NCBI GenBank assembly: GCA_963730935.1
Contig: CAVSTP010000004.1
Span: 192,001 to 256,000, forward strand
DNA length: 64,000 bases
Source of the DNA: an uncultured Nitrospiraceae bacterium
GTDB taxonomy: Bacteria; Nitrospirota; Nitrospiria; Nitrospirales; Nitrospiraceae
Direction of reading: 5' to 3'
A program made the translations under genes and the position numbers. Shown here one piece after another: positions 19,954 to 29,351 of this stretch. The number at the start of each line of letters is the position of its first letter. Positions within the stretch are counted from its first letter, which is position 1. Under the pieces are notes generated by a model. The model saw nothing but the letters and a program-made list of their open reading frames with translations, was not told where the DNA came from and ran no database searches.

Positions 19954-20550
19954 TTATGCGGCGAGCGATGATTGCGACGTCAGATCGTCCTTACGCCGCT
20001 GCATCGTCATCCCGAGCGTCTGCACGTCGAGCTGGGCCGCCGCGAGCGGAAGAATCGCATCTTCTTCCTCCGTGACATGCTCGATGACGGCATCCTCAAA
20101 CTCCGTAAACAGGTCCCGATAATCACTGCTTTTCGGGTCCAGGGTCCGAAGCTGTTGAATCAAGTCCTTGACCATACTGTGACTGTCGTAGGCGGCCGTG
20201 ATGATTTCCGACTCCGCTTCCTCCTCTTCCTCGTCATCGAGTTCCTCGAGGGCGCTTTCGCTTTCCGGGTCGATCTCGCCGTCGTCCGTGACATCGAGCC
20301 CGTTGCCCTCCGTTTCATATCCCAGCGATTCGAGCTTGGACTGCACGGCCGGGTAGAACAGTTCCTCTTCCACTTTCGAATGAATATCCAACTCGGTGAA
20401 CAGCCGCGACGCGATGGATCCCTTCTCGTCATCCGACGCGCCATGGAATTGTTCGAACAGCTTGCGCACCTCTTTGTGATCGGCTTTCAACAACTGGACT
20501 GCATCTTGGGGTTGTGAGCTTTTAGGCTTCTTCGGCGTCCGCTTGGCCAT
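19954..20550 (-). CDS. Hemerythrin domain protein with acidic insertion
   Basis: DH, HSKVEEELFYP, SH, HVTEEE; GGAGG RBS before ATG 20550. Confidence 0.82.
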   Translation of the reverse strand: MAKRTPKKPKSSQPQDAVQLLKADHKEVRKLFEQFHGASDDEKGSIASRLFTELDIHSKVEEELFYPAVQSKLESLGYETEGNGLDVTDDGEIDPESESALEELDDEEEEEAESEIITAAYDSHSMVKDLIQQLRTLDPKSSDYRDLFTEFEDAVIEHVTEEEDAILPLAAAQLDVQTLGMTMQRRKDDLTSQSSLAA

Positions 20551-20594
20551 GGTGTCCTCCTTGCCATTCATGAAAAACGCCCTGCGCCTCTGGC

Positions 20595-21455
20595 TCATCC
20601 ATTGACGATCGTGCCTCCGTTGGGATGCAGCACTTGGCCGGTCGTATAGGATGAGTCCTGCGACGCAAGGAAGACATAACTCGGGGCGACTTCCTCGGGC
20701 TGCCCAGCGCGTTTGAGCGGGACGTCGAAACCGAACGTGGCGACTTTATCCGCGGGAAAGGTGGAGGGGATCAGGGGCGTCCAGATGGGACCTGGCGCCA
20801 CGGCATTGACTCGGATCTGCTTGTCGGCGAGCGCCTGAGACAGAGACCGCGTGAAGGCGACGATTGCGCCCTTGGTCGACGAATAATCGATCAACTGGGC
20901 GCTGCCTTTATAGGCCGTCACCGAAGTCGTGTTGATAATGGTGCTTCCCTCCTTCAAGTGGGGCAATGCGGCTTTCCCCATAAAAAAATACGAAAAAATG
21001 TTCGTCCGGAACGTGCGCTCGAGTTGGTCCTCTGTAATCTCTTCCAGGCTCTCCTGCGGATGCTGCTCGGCGGCATTGTTCACGAGAATATCCAGCCCGC
21101 CCAATTCGCGGACGGTGCGCTCCACCGCCTCGTGGCAGAACTGTTCCTTCCCTACGTCGCCTGCGATGAGGATGCACCTACGACCCTGCTGTTCGACCAG
21201 GCGCTGGGTTTCTTTCGCATCTTCATGCTCGTTGTAATAGACGATGGCCGTATCAGCCCCTTCTTTGGCGTACGCGATGGCGACGGCTCGACCAATGCCA
21301 CTATCTCCGCCCGTGATCAACGCCACCTTGTTCAGGAGTTTGCCGCATCCACCTTGCGCAGGGCCTTCGCTTTTCGGACGAGGCGTCATGTCCTTTTCCA
21401 GTCCTGGCTGTCGTGACTGTTGCTGAGGCGGACGCTGCTGTTTCGATGGGGACAT
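20595..21455 (-). CDS. SDR oxidoreductase (general stress protein 39 / YdaD-like)
   Basis: TGGDSGIG, NNAA, YSSTK, PGPIWTPL. Confidence 0.92.
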   Translation of the reverse strand: MSPSKQQRPPQQQSRQPGLEKDMTPRPKSEGPAQGGCGKLLNKVALITGGDSGIGRAVAIAYAKEGADTAIVYYNEHEDAKETQRLVEQQGRRCILIAGDVGKEQFCHEAVERTVRELGGLDILVNNAAEQHPQESLEEITEDQLERTFRTNIFSYFFMGKAALPHLKEGSTIINTTSVTAYKGSAQLIDYSSTKGAIVAFTRSLSQALADKQIRVNAVAPGPIWTPLIPSTFPADKVATFGFDVPLKRAGQPEEVAPSYVFLASQDSSYTTGQVLHPNGGTIVNG

Positions 21456-21519
21456 TCACACCTCGTGATCGGTGATGCCGGATCCGCTGCCCACTCCGAG
21501 TTCCACACCGCCGGCGGTA

Positions 21520-21537
21520 CCTAGCGTGCGCCCCAGG
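21520..21537. promoter_or_regulatory. Palindromic box CCTAGCG-TGCG-CCCCAGG
   Basis: Degenerate motif match upstream of the SDR gene. Confidence 0.35.
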
Positions 21538-21788
21538 GTGCAGAAAACCAAGGCCAAGCTCCTATTTTCTTAGTGCGTGAAGACAGTGGAGAAGACGGTG
21601 CAAGAGACAGACCCCGGTCGACCACGTGGAGCTTCGCGGGCAACACTGTTGGGTGTAGGCCGATGACCTGAGACGCGGTTGAATAATGTGGACAAAATGT
21701 CTGACACAGGACACCTGGTCCGCTCCCTGTGTCCAGCCGGCAGACCGTTTCCCTGAAGGACGTATCGGTTACGTTGTTCACTCCGGCA

Positions 21789-21805
21789 AGGGCACTCGAT
21801 TTGCA
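21789..21805 (+). promoter_or_regulatory. Putative sigma-54 promoter
   Basis: AGGGCACTCGATTTGCA about 20 nt before the PLD start. Confidence 0.55.
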
Positions 21806-21824
21806 CTTCTCCCCTGACCGCAAG

Positions 21825-24026
21825 ATGAACGCCGCGAGAAAATTACAAAAGCAGTCGGAATTGCAGCAGCAATCGCCCGGTGCGGCCTCCCGGTCCTCCG
21901 CTGCACGGTCGTCGTTACTCGTGCCCGGCCGCAATTGTTGGCGGGTGGAGCGCGCCGAGCACGCGTCGTTCCTGATCGACGGAGATTCCTACTTCCGGGC
22001 GTTTCGTGCCGCGGCCATCAATGCCCGCCACAGCATTATTATCCTCGGCTGGGATTTCGACAGCCGGATCCGAATGCTGATCGACCGGGAACCCGACGGG
22101 TTTCCCGACCGGTTAGGCGAATTCCTCCATGCGCTGCTGATCCGGAGACGACAGCTCCATATCTACGTCCTCACGTGGGACTTCCACATGATCTACTGGA
22201 AGGAGCGGGAATGGTGGCTCCCGTCGAAGCTCGCCGCGCATCGACGGCTGCATTTCCACAAGGACGGCGCGCATCCGGTCGGGGCCTCCCATCATCAGAA
22301 AGTGGTCATCGTCGACGATGTCGTGGCCTTTGTCGGGGGGTTGGATTTTGCCCAATGCCGCTGGGATACGAGCCAGCATCGTGACAGCCACCCGGACCGT
22401 GTGCTGCTCACAGATGAGACCCCGTGCCGGCCGTTTCATGACGTGCAGCTGATGGTGAGCGGTCCGGTGGCTGAAGCGCTGGGGGAGTTGGCCCGCAACC
22501 GCTGGCGTGCCGCGACTGGGCGGGCCATGCGTCCCGTCGTGCAGGGCCGTCCGGAAGAACTGTGGCCCGAGGCTGTGAAGCCGGAGATGTCGGATGTCCC
22601 GGTCGCCATTGCCAGAACAGCGCCCGCCTTCGGGGAGCGTGCGTCCGTCAACGAAGTGGAGGCCTTATTTCTGGACAGTCTGAACAACGCGCGCCGTCAC
22701 ATTTACATTGAGACGCAGTACCTGACCTCCCGAACGATCGCAGACTGCCTTGCCGCACGGCTGCAGGATCCAAAAGGACCAGAAATCGTCATGGTGCTGC
22801 ATCCCAACAGCGACGGTTGGCTCGAGCAGCATACGATGGACGTGCTGAGAGGACGCGTGCTCGAGCAGCTCCGTGCCGCGGACCGGTTCCACCGCTTGAG
22901 TCTCAATTATCCCAAGGTGCCAGACCTTCGCGGGCAATGCATCAGCATGCACAGCAAAGTCTGCGTCGTAGACGATGACTTCGTGCGGATAGGATCGGCC
23001 AACCTGAGCAATCGGTCGATGGGGTTCGATACGGAGTGCGACTTGGCGATCGAAGCGTCAGGGAACCCGGCCATACGTGGATCGATCGGCGCATTCCGCC
23101 ATTCATTGCTCGCAGAACATCTTGGAGTCAGTCCGGATGCGGTCGCACGTGAGCTCGAAAAGGATGGGTCGCTGATCGGCACGGTGGAGCGGTTGCGCGG
23201 GGGAGCCCGGACGCTGGGGTATTTCGACGGCACCGTTTCGGCTGATGTGAACGAGGTCGTGCCCGATGAAGCCTTTATCGACCCGAGCGGACCGTATGAC
23301 ATGCAATTCATTCCGGCTGAACGTCGGAAGCCCGCACTTCGGCTAATCATTACCGGTTCTGTCGGTCTGCTGGCGTTGATCCTGCTTGCCGGCCTCTGGC
23401 AGTGGTCGCCGTTACGCGAACTGATGGATGTGACCTCACTGGTGGCTTCGTTGGAGGAAGTGGCCAATGGGCCTATGGCCTTGCTCATGACTGTCGCCGG
23501 GTTCTTGATCGGAGGTGTGCTGGTCATGCCGGTGATGATATTGATCGCGGTGACCATTCTCGCCTTCGGGCCGTGGTGGGGATTCTGGTATGCCCTGATC
23601 GGCATGACGGCGAGTGCGTTGCTCACCTTCGGCGTCGGCCGTCTGTTGGGCCGTCGGTTGATGGACCATCTCTCGGGCTCATGGGTGCATCGGATCAGTC
23701 GCACCCTGGCCAAAAAAGGCCTGCTGACCGTCGTGACGCTCCGAATCCTTCCCGTTGCGCCGTTTTCCATCCTCAATGCCGTCGCTGGGGCTTCGCACAT
23801 CCGGGCGAGGGACTTTTTCCTCGGTACGGTGTTGGGGGAGCTTCCGGGACTTGTGGGTCTCGCGTTGTTTCTGGACCAGGTGACCGAAACCATCCGGCAT
23901 CCCGAACTCGGCAGTATTCTGCTCCTCGTCGTGATTGCTGCCGGAATCGTGCTGATCGCCTGGGCGTTGGGACGGTGGCTGTCCAACAAACCAGATGATA
24001 TGTCGAGCACAGAGCGGACGGACTGA
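21825..24026 (+). CDS. Phospholipase D (2x HKD) fused to a VTT/DedA domain
   Basis: HQKVVIVD and HSKVCVVD motifs; C-terminal TM region with LRILPVAPF, AGAS, GTVLG. Confidence 0.9.
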   Translation: MNAARKLQKQSELQQQSPGAASRSSAARSSLLVPGRNCWRVERAEHASFLIDGDSYFRAFRAAAINARHSIIILGWDFDSRIRMLIDREPDGFPDRLGEFLHALLIRRRQLHIYVLTWDFHMIYWKEREWWLPSKLAAHRRLHFHKDGAHPVGASHHQKVVIVDDVVAFVGGLDFAQCRWDTSQHRDSHPDRVLLTDETPCRPFHDVQLMVSGPVAEALGELARNRWRAATGRAMRPVVQGRPEELWPEAVKPEMSDVPVAIARTAPAFGERASVNEVEALFLDSLNNARRHIYIETQYLTSRTIADCLAARLQDPKGPEIVMVLHPNSDGWLEQHTMDVLRGRVLEQLRAADRFHRLSLNYPKVPDLRGQCISMHSKVCVVDDDFVRIGSANLSNRSMGFDTECDLAIEASGNPAIRGSIGAFRHSLLAEHLGVSPDAVARELEKDGSLIGTVERLRGGARTLGYFDGTVSADVNEVVPDEAFIDPSGPYDMQFIPAERRKPALRLIITGSVGLLALILLAGLWQWSPLRELMDVTSLVASLEEVANGPMALLMTVAGFLIGGVLVMPVMILIAVTILAFGPWWGFWYALIGMTASALLTFGVGRLLGRRLMDHLSGSWVHRISRTLAKKGLLTVVTLRILPVAPFSILNAVAGASHIRARDFFLGTVLGELPGLVGLALFLDQVTETIRHPELGSILLLVVIAAGIVLIAWALGRWLSNKPDDMSSTERTD

Positions 24027-24027
24027 C

Positions 24028-24726
24028 ATGCAGCTGACGTTCGCCACCTACAATATCCATCGATGTGTCGGGCGCGACGGTCGGTACGATCCTTCCCGCA
24101 TCCGCGATGTCATTCGTGAATTGGACGCGGACGTGATCGCGGTGCAGGAAATCGACACTCCGGATCGGCACGGTTTGGAACTCGCGCATTGGCTGGGAGA
24201 GGAATCCAAGTATCAGGTCATCGCCGGGCCCACCTTGTTGGAGCGCAAGGGCCATCACGGCAACGCGGTCTTCACCCGCTGCCAGCGAGGAGAGATTCGG
24301 TTGGTGGATTTCAGTCTACCTGCGTATGAGCCCCGCGGGGCGATCGACCTGGATGTGACCTGTGGCGGGGTGACCGTGCAAGTCATCGCCACGCATTTGG
24401 GGCTACGTCCATGGGAGCGACGCTTCCAAGTCGAGCGGCTTCTCAAATGCGTCAGACCGAATTGCGTCCTCATGGGCGACTTCAACGAATGGTGGCTTTG
24501 GGGCCATCCGCTGCGGGCGATCAAAGCTATTTTCGGTCACACTCCCGCGTTGCCCACCTTTCCCTCCTTCCGACCGGCCCTGGCACTGGATCGTATCTGG
24601 ATCCGACCCACCGGTCGTCTCAAGTCCATCGCGGTGCACCGAACGCGCCTCTCGGCACGAGCATCGGATCACCTGCCGCTCAAGGCGGTTGTCGAATGGG
24701 ATTCGGAGGAAAACACGGACGGGTAA
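24028..24726 (+). CDS. Endonuclease/exonuclease/phosphatase family protein
   Basis: TYNIH, QE, THL, GDFN, LDRI, SDHLP. Confidence 0.9.
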   Translation: MQLTFATYNIHRCVGRDGRYDPSRIRDVIRELDADVIAVQEIDTPDRHGLELAHWLGEESKYQVIAGPTLLERKGHHGNAVFTRCQRGEIRLVDFSLPAYEPRGAIDLDVTCGGVTVQVIATHLGLRPWERRFQVERLLKCVRPNCVLMGDFNEWWLWGHPLRAIKAIFGHTPALPTFPSFRPALALDRIWIRPTGRLKSIAVHRTRLSARASDHLPLKAVVEWDSEENTDG

Positions 24727-24770
24727 GTTCGCACTTACCCGTCAGAAGGTGGGCGCTGCCATGACCATCA

Positions 24771-25142
24771 TCACTGCTCCGCAGAGTCCGGCGCGCTTGC
24801 CGCAACCGACTGGTCCGGCTCGGCCACCAGATCGGGGACAGAGGTGTCCATCACTCTTAGCGCGCGTCCCTGGTCGTCCAGCCGGAGCGCGATGCGCGCG
24901 CCGACGATCACGTTCTCAAACAGATAGGCCTTGGGTACGTCGAAATAGATGGGGCGTCCCAAATCCGTTCTTAAGAGGCCCCGCCCGGTGGCCAAATCCA
25001 GCTTGAGCAAGGTGCCGGACACCAGGTGCAGCGGCCCGTCCGTGCCCTCGGCCGCAACGGGAGTGGGCTGGCTCAGGAACGCCGCGAGCACAACGCCCAG
25101 GAGAGTGATCGTGAACGTTGAGGGTGTGGTGCGATTAATCAT
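24771..25142 (-). CDS. Exported small beta-barrel (OB-like) protein
   Basis: Signal peptide; clear paralog of 43405-43761. Confidence 0.7.
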   Translation of the reverse strand: MINRTTPSTFTITLLGVVLAAFLSQPTPVAAEGTDGPLHLVSGTLLKLDLATGRGLLRTDLGRPIYFDVPKAYLFENVIVGARIALRLDDQGRALRVMDTSVPDLVAEPDQSVAASAPDSAEQ

Positions 25143-25309
25143 AGCGTCTCCTTCCATTGCCTTGCCTACAGGGTGAAACGGCAAGGCTCATCGCGCTTGA
25201 CGAGCAGCCGGAAGGTCCCAAAGAATTTTCCAGCCCACAGCAACCATTGCCTAGTGGCTCAGCCTCCTACTCGACTTCACGTATCGCTTTAACTTGACTG
25301 TCCCTTCAC

Positions 25310-25555
25310 TCACGGCGGAGGTGGCGGTGATGGGGAAGGAGGCTGCGTCGGACCCGGACCAGGGAATGGCGTTGTCGGAGGAATCGGCGCCGGGGGCGGC
25401 GGACCCGGCTGCGGATTCGGAAACGTCGGGCCGGGGCTCGGGTTCGGCGGATCGTTAGCAACAACCGGTACCACCCAGGCCACTGCCAGGCTTCCCCCCA
25501 AAATGCCTGCGATCAACAGCACCGAAGCGCGCACCATAAGGGTCTTCTCGTTCAC
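25310..25555 (-). CDS. Proline-rich secreted microprotein
   Basis: GTG start overlaps the CBS gene stop; signal-like segment then a tail of mostly Pro. Confidence 0.55.
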   Translation of the reverse strand: MNEKTLMVRASVLLIAGILGGSLAVAWVVPVVANDPPNPSPGPTFPNPQPGPPPPAPIPPTTPFPGPGPTQPPSPSPPPPP

Positions 25556-26028
25556 GCCGCCCGACCGAACCCGTCTCCGTGATCCGTTGTGTCTCCTCGC
25601 CTCGGGCGCGAGGGCTGCGAGACGTTCTCGAGCACCTTTCCGGTCATTTGGTGGTCCTGGGTGTTGACCGCAATGTCTCCCACGGACACGATACCGACCA
25701 ATTTGCGGTTCTTGTCCAAGACCGGCAACCGTCGGATCTGCTGGCCTGCCATCACGGCAGCCGCATGCTCCACGTCGTCATCGTCGAAGCAGTAGACGAC
25801 CGACGGCGTCATGGCCTCTCCGACGAGCATCGCCTTCGGGTCGCGCGTGACAGCCAAAACCCGCACGACCAAGTCCCTATCAGTCAATACTCCCACCAGG
25901 CCCTCTTCATCGCACACTGGGAGGACCCCTATGTCGAGCGTTTTCATGAGTGCGGCGGCATCTTCGGTCGTTGCATCCGGTGAGATGACTTCAGCCTGCG
26001 GGGTCATCACGTCCTTGATTCGAAGCAT
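25552..26028 (-). CDS. CBS-pair protein
   Basis: IKDVMT, IGVLPV, GVLTDRD, QIRRLPV, GIVSVGD. Confidence 0.9.
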   Translation of the reverse strand: MLRIKDVMTPQAEVISPDATTEDAAALMKTLDIGVLPVCDEEGLVGVLTDRDLVVRVLAVTRDPKAMLVGEAMTPSVVYCFDDDDVEHAAAVMAGQQIRRLPVLDKNRKLVGIVSVGDIAVNTQDHQMTGKVLENVSQPSRPRRGDTTDHGDGFGRAA

Positions 26029-26050
26029 TGTAGCTCCCTCCTTGTTCAGG

Positions 26051-26389
26051 TCAGGCCATCGCTGCCGCCATGTCCCGGCAGGCAGCGGCACAACGCCGGC
26101 ATTCGACGGCACAGTCGCCGCAAAGCGGGTGGTGCGGCGAGTGCTGCTCGCAGACGCTGGCGCACCGGTCGCAGATCTCTGCACAGGTGCGGCAGAGCAG
26201 CTCCGTGGAAGGAGACAGCCGGTTCATCCAGCGGGTCGAGAGCGCGCAGAGATCGGCGCAATCAACACAGAGTCTGATACAGAGGTCTTGAAGCCCCTTA
26301 TGGCTGCCCCCTTCCATGCCGATCATGTCGTCGGCGCAGCGGTCGCAAATTTGCGCGCATGCAGCACAAGCCTCAAGACAATGCTGCAT
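26051..26389 (-). CDS. Four-helix-bundle copper storage protein (Csp/DUF326)
   Basis: Repeated CxxC/CxxxC helices; the RBS-linked ATG at 26423 is one base out of frame. Confidence 0.85.
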   Translation of the reverse strand: MQHCLEACAACAQICDRCADDMIGMEGGSHKGLQDLCIRLCVDCADLCALSTRWMNRLSPSTELLCRTCAEICDRCASVCEQHSPHHPLCGDCAVECRRCAAACRDMAAAMA

Positions 26390-26473
26390 GTGCGGGGTTA
26401 GGTATTTGATCGTGGTGATGCATAACGCTCCCTTTGCGGTGATCCCCTGAAGTAAGGAGAATAGTTAACAGCA

Positions 26474-26490
26474 CGCAAAAGGTAGACCAC
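26474..26490 (-). promoter_or_regulatory. Putative sigma-54 promoter
   Basis: GTGGTCTACCTTTTGCG upstream of the Csp gene. Confidence 0.45.
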
Positions 26491-26630
26491 GAAACCCTCG
26501 ACTCTCGAACGCGCTCACAAAGAAAACGATGGAATCGTGTGGGCCTATTCCCCCGAGGAGCTCGACGGTGCCCGCAAGTTGTCTTGGGAAAGACAAGCTG
26601 TCCCGTACAGACACTCTGTGTGTTCGAAAG

Positions 26631-26885
26631 CTATTTCTTGAACACCATTCGCGGCGCCGTTAGATCGCCCATGCTGAACACGATGAGTTCCCACCCTGCG
26701 GCGCCGTATTCATTGAGCGTCGTCTGCATCGCGGTGTTGTCGGTCGGCACGTCGACAACCTTATAGACGTATCTCTTCGCCTCTTGGCCCTCTGCGACGG
26801 GCTGGCGCCAGACGGATATGGATGACAGCACAAGCGCCAAGACGAAGATGGCACCACTCAAGAAGCGGATTGCCATCGCATCCAT
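26631..26885 (-). CDS. DUF4177-like exported protein
   Basis: YVYKVV...LNEYGAAGWEL...MVFKK; AGGAGG RBS. Confidence 0.75.
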   Translation of the reverse strand: MDAMAIRFLSGAIFVLALVLSSISVWRQPVAEGQEAKRYVYKVVDVPTDNTAMQTTLNEYGAAGWELIVFSMGDLTAPRMVFKK

Positions 26886-26929
26886 AGGACACCTCCTTAA
26901 TTTGATGGACTGTCAGCAGACCAGCGGAA

Positions 26930-27958
26930 TCATCCGCCGGGAAGGACCCGGCCTTTGAAGATCCGATAGAGATAGTAGAGCAGCGGGAACAACACGAGGG
27001 ATCCGATTACGAGGCTGACGAGCAATAGGCGCAATGTCGGCGGGGGGGCTGCATGGGCAATGGTCAGATGAGGTTCCACGAGAAACGGATACTGGGACAA
27101 CGCCCAGCCCCAGAACATGACCACCGCACCTCCGATCGCGCATCCTCTGGCCGCCCGGCCACGCAAGTGCCACAGGGCGGGCAGCGCGGCGAGATGAAAG
27201 GCGATGGCGAGTAAGATCGCCATGAGACCGGGGGTTGTGTGACGAAGTCCCGCGTAAATTTCCGGTGCTCCGTCTCGGGCTTGCCACAGGACCACGCCTC
27301 CGGCCAACAGGACCGCCACGCATGACGCGACGGCCCGGCGTGCAAACCGCTTGCGGAGGTCGAGTTCCCGCGCTTCGACGAGTAGGTAGGTGGCGGCCAA
27401 GTATGCGACCAGCACGACGGTCAGGAATCCCACGCTCAACGGAAAGGGCGCCAGCCAGGGAGCAACGAACCGTTGCATGAAGGAGCCCGGCGAGGAGACC
27501 GCCGTCAGTCGGCCGGACGCCACCGCGCCCAAGCTTATGCCCAACAATGCCGGGGTGATCATGCTGGACCCCGCAAACAGATAGCGCCATATGTCGAGAG
27601 TTCCACTGCTTCCATCGGCCTGAGACGTAATGTCATGGGTCCGCACGGCGAAGGCGGTGCCGCGAAGCACGATACCGAGGAGCATGAGCGTGAGCGGAAT
27701 GTGCAGGGCGGTTGTGATCAAGGCGAATGCGGTAGGGAATGCAGTAAACAGGATAGTGACCGCGATGATCAGCCACACATGATTGGCTTCCCAGATCGGA
27801 CCGATCGCTTGATCGATCAATGCCCTTTGCTTCTGGCCGCTCTTGCCGAGCGCGAAGAGACTCCAGATCCCGGCACCGAAATCAGCTCCGCCGGTCAACA
27901 GGTAACAGGTCAGCGCCCCGACCAGCGAGGCGCCCAGCACTAACTCGAGTGCGCCCAT
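26930..27958 (-). CDS. cydB: Cytochrome bd oxidase subunit II
   Basis: GGADFGAG, IGPIWEANHVWLI, LRG, YPFLV. Confidence 0.92.
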   Translation of the reverse strand: MGALELVLGASLVGALTCYLLTGGADFGAGIWSLFALGKSGQKQRALIDQAIGPIWEANHVWLIIAVTILFTAFPTAFALITTALHIPLTLMLLGIVLRGTAFAVRTHDITSQADGSSGTLDIWRYLFAGSSMITPALLGISLGAVASGRLTAVSSPGSFMQRFVAPWLAPFPLSVGFLTVVLVAYLAATYLLVEARELDLRKRFARRAVASCVAVLLAGGVVLWQARDGAPEIYAGLRHTTPGLMAILLAIAFHLAALPALWHLRGRAARGCAIGGAVVMFWGWALSQYPFLVEPHLTIAHAAPPPTLRLLLVSLVIGSLVLFPLLYYLYRIFKGRVLPGG

Positions 27959-28022
27959 GAGGACTCGATTCTACCGGCTTGGATTGCCCCTCCGGAGTCT
28001 GGCAAGCTGGCCGGCCCGATCG

Positions 28023-29351
28023 TCATGCTTCCGTGAGCACGGTCCGCACGACCGTGTTCGATGAGACCGCGGCAATGTGCCGCCACATGGCCCAGCACAC
28101 CACACCGGCAAGCACGAGATACAGAAACGTGAACGTTGCCATCGGAATCCACAAGCCGGGCATCGGAGTGACGGCTTCCGATGTGCGCATGAGGTGGTCA
28201 ATGATCCATGGTTGCCGGCCGACTTCCGTGACGACCCAGCCAGCTTCGATCGCAATGAAGCCCAAGGGCGCCGTCGCGATCAAGGCATAAAGGAGCTTCC
28301 GGTCCTGTTCGATCTGTCCGGTCCAAAACGCTCGCCATCCGCTCCACAGCGCCATCGCCGCCATCAGCATTCCGCAGGCTACCATCAACTGAAACGCGAT
28401 ATGCACCACAGCCACCGGCGGCCAGTCTTCGGGCGGATAGCGGTCCAAACCGGTGACTGCTGCGTGTGTGTTCCCATGCAACAGTAGGCCGAGGCCGTAA
28501 GGGATCCGTATCGCATAGGAGACTCTGCCGGTCGCGACGTCCGCAAGGCCACCGAGGACAAAATCGGGTCCTGCCTCCGTGGTAAACAGCGCTTCCATGG
28601 CAGCGAGCTTGGCCGGCTGGTGGACGGCCACCGCCCGGGCGATCAGGTCCCCGCTCAACGGCTGCAAGAGCGCCGCAATTCCGCCGACTGTTAACGCGAT
28701 AGTCAAGGCGAGCCGATGAAATCGGCTGTGCGGATCTTGCAGGAGCAGCCAGGCATGAATTCCTGCGACAAGAAACCCGGTGGCGGCGAAGGCGGCCAAT
28801 AGCATATGGACGGTTTCGTGCCAAGCTGGCGGATGCCACATCGGTGCCAAAATATCGATCTGAGAGGATGGTGCCCCTTCAGGTGCCAAGCCGGTCGGTC
28901 CGTTCATCCAAGCATTGACGGTGATCACGAAGAACGCCGACGCCACGCCGCTCGCCGCGACGACCAGTCCCGATACGAAATGCGCCCGAGCGGAAATCCG
29001 CGACCAGCCATACAGATAGATGCCCAGGAAAATGGCTTCCGTAAAAAATGCAAAACCTTCGAGCGCAAACAGCGGGCCGATGTGGGGACCGGCCCGTTCC
29101 ATGAACTTGGGCCAGAGGAGGCCCAATTCGAACGACAGCACCGTGCCCGAGACGGCGCCTACCGCAAACAGGATGGCCGTTCCCTTAGACCAACGTTGAG
29201 CCAAATTGAGGGCTTCACGGTCTCCCTTCGTCAGCCAGCGCCATTCTGCGGCGGCCATGAGTAACGGCATCGCGATACCGATGGCCGCGAAGACAATGTG
29301 AAAGCCCAGGGACATCGCCATCTGGGTTCGCGCCGCGAGCAGATCGGTCAT
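28023..29351 (-). CDS. cydA: Cytochrome bd oxidase subunit I (short Q-loop)
   Basis: GFHIVF, QPAKLAAME, FQLMV, EAGW..TEVGRQPW. Confidence 0.94.
   Translation of the reverse strand: MTDLLAARTQMAMSLGFHIVFAAIGIAMPLLMAAAEWRWLTKGDREALNLAQRWSKGTAILFAVGAVSGTVLSFELGLLWPKFMERAGPHIGPLFALEGFAFFTEAIFLGIYLYGWSRISARAHFVSGLVVAASGVASAFFVITVNAWMNGPTGLAPEGAPSSQIDILAPMWHPPAWHETVHMLLAAFAATGFLVAGIHAWLLLQDPHSRFHRLALTIALTVGGIAALLQPLSGDLIARAVAVHQPAKLAAMEALFTTEAGPDFVLGGLADVATGRVSYAIRIPYGLGLLLHGNTHAAVTGLDRYPPEDWPPVAVVHIAFQLMVACGMLMAAMALWSGWRAFWTGQIEQDRKLLYALIATAPLGFIAIEAGWVVTEVGRQPWIIDHLMRTSEAVTPMPGLWIPMATFTFLYLVLAGVVCWAMWRHIAAVSSNTVVRTVLTEA

Noticed and set aside
22907..24010. 367-aa minus-strand ORF, and similar long antisense ORFs at 47817, 36524, 29492 and 53311
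   Set aside because: Shadows of well-supported genes on the opposite strand
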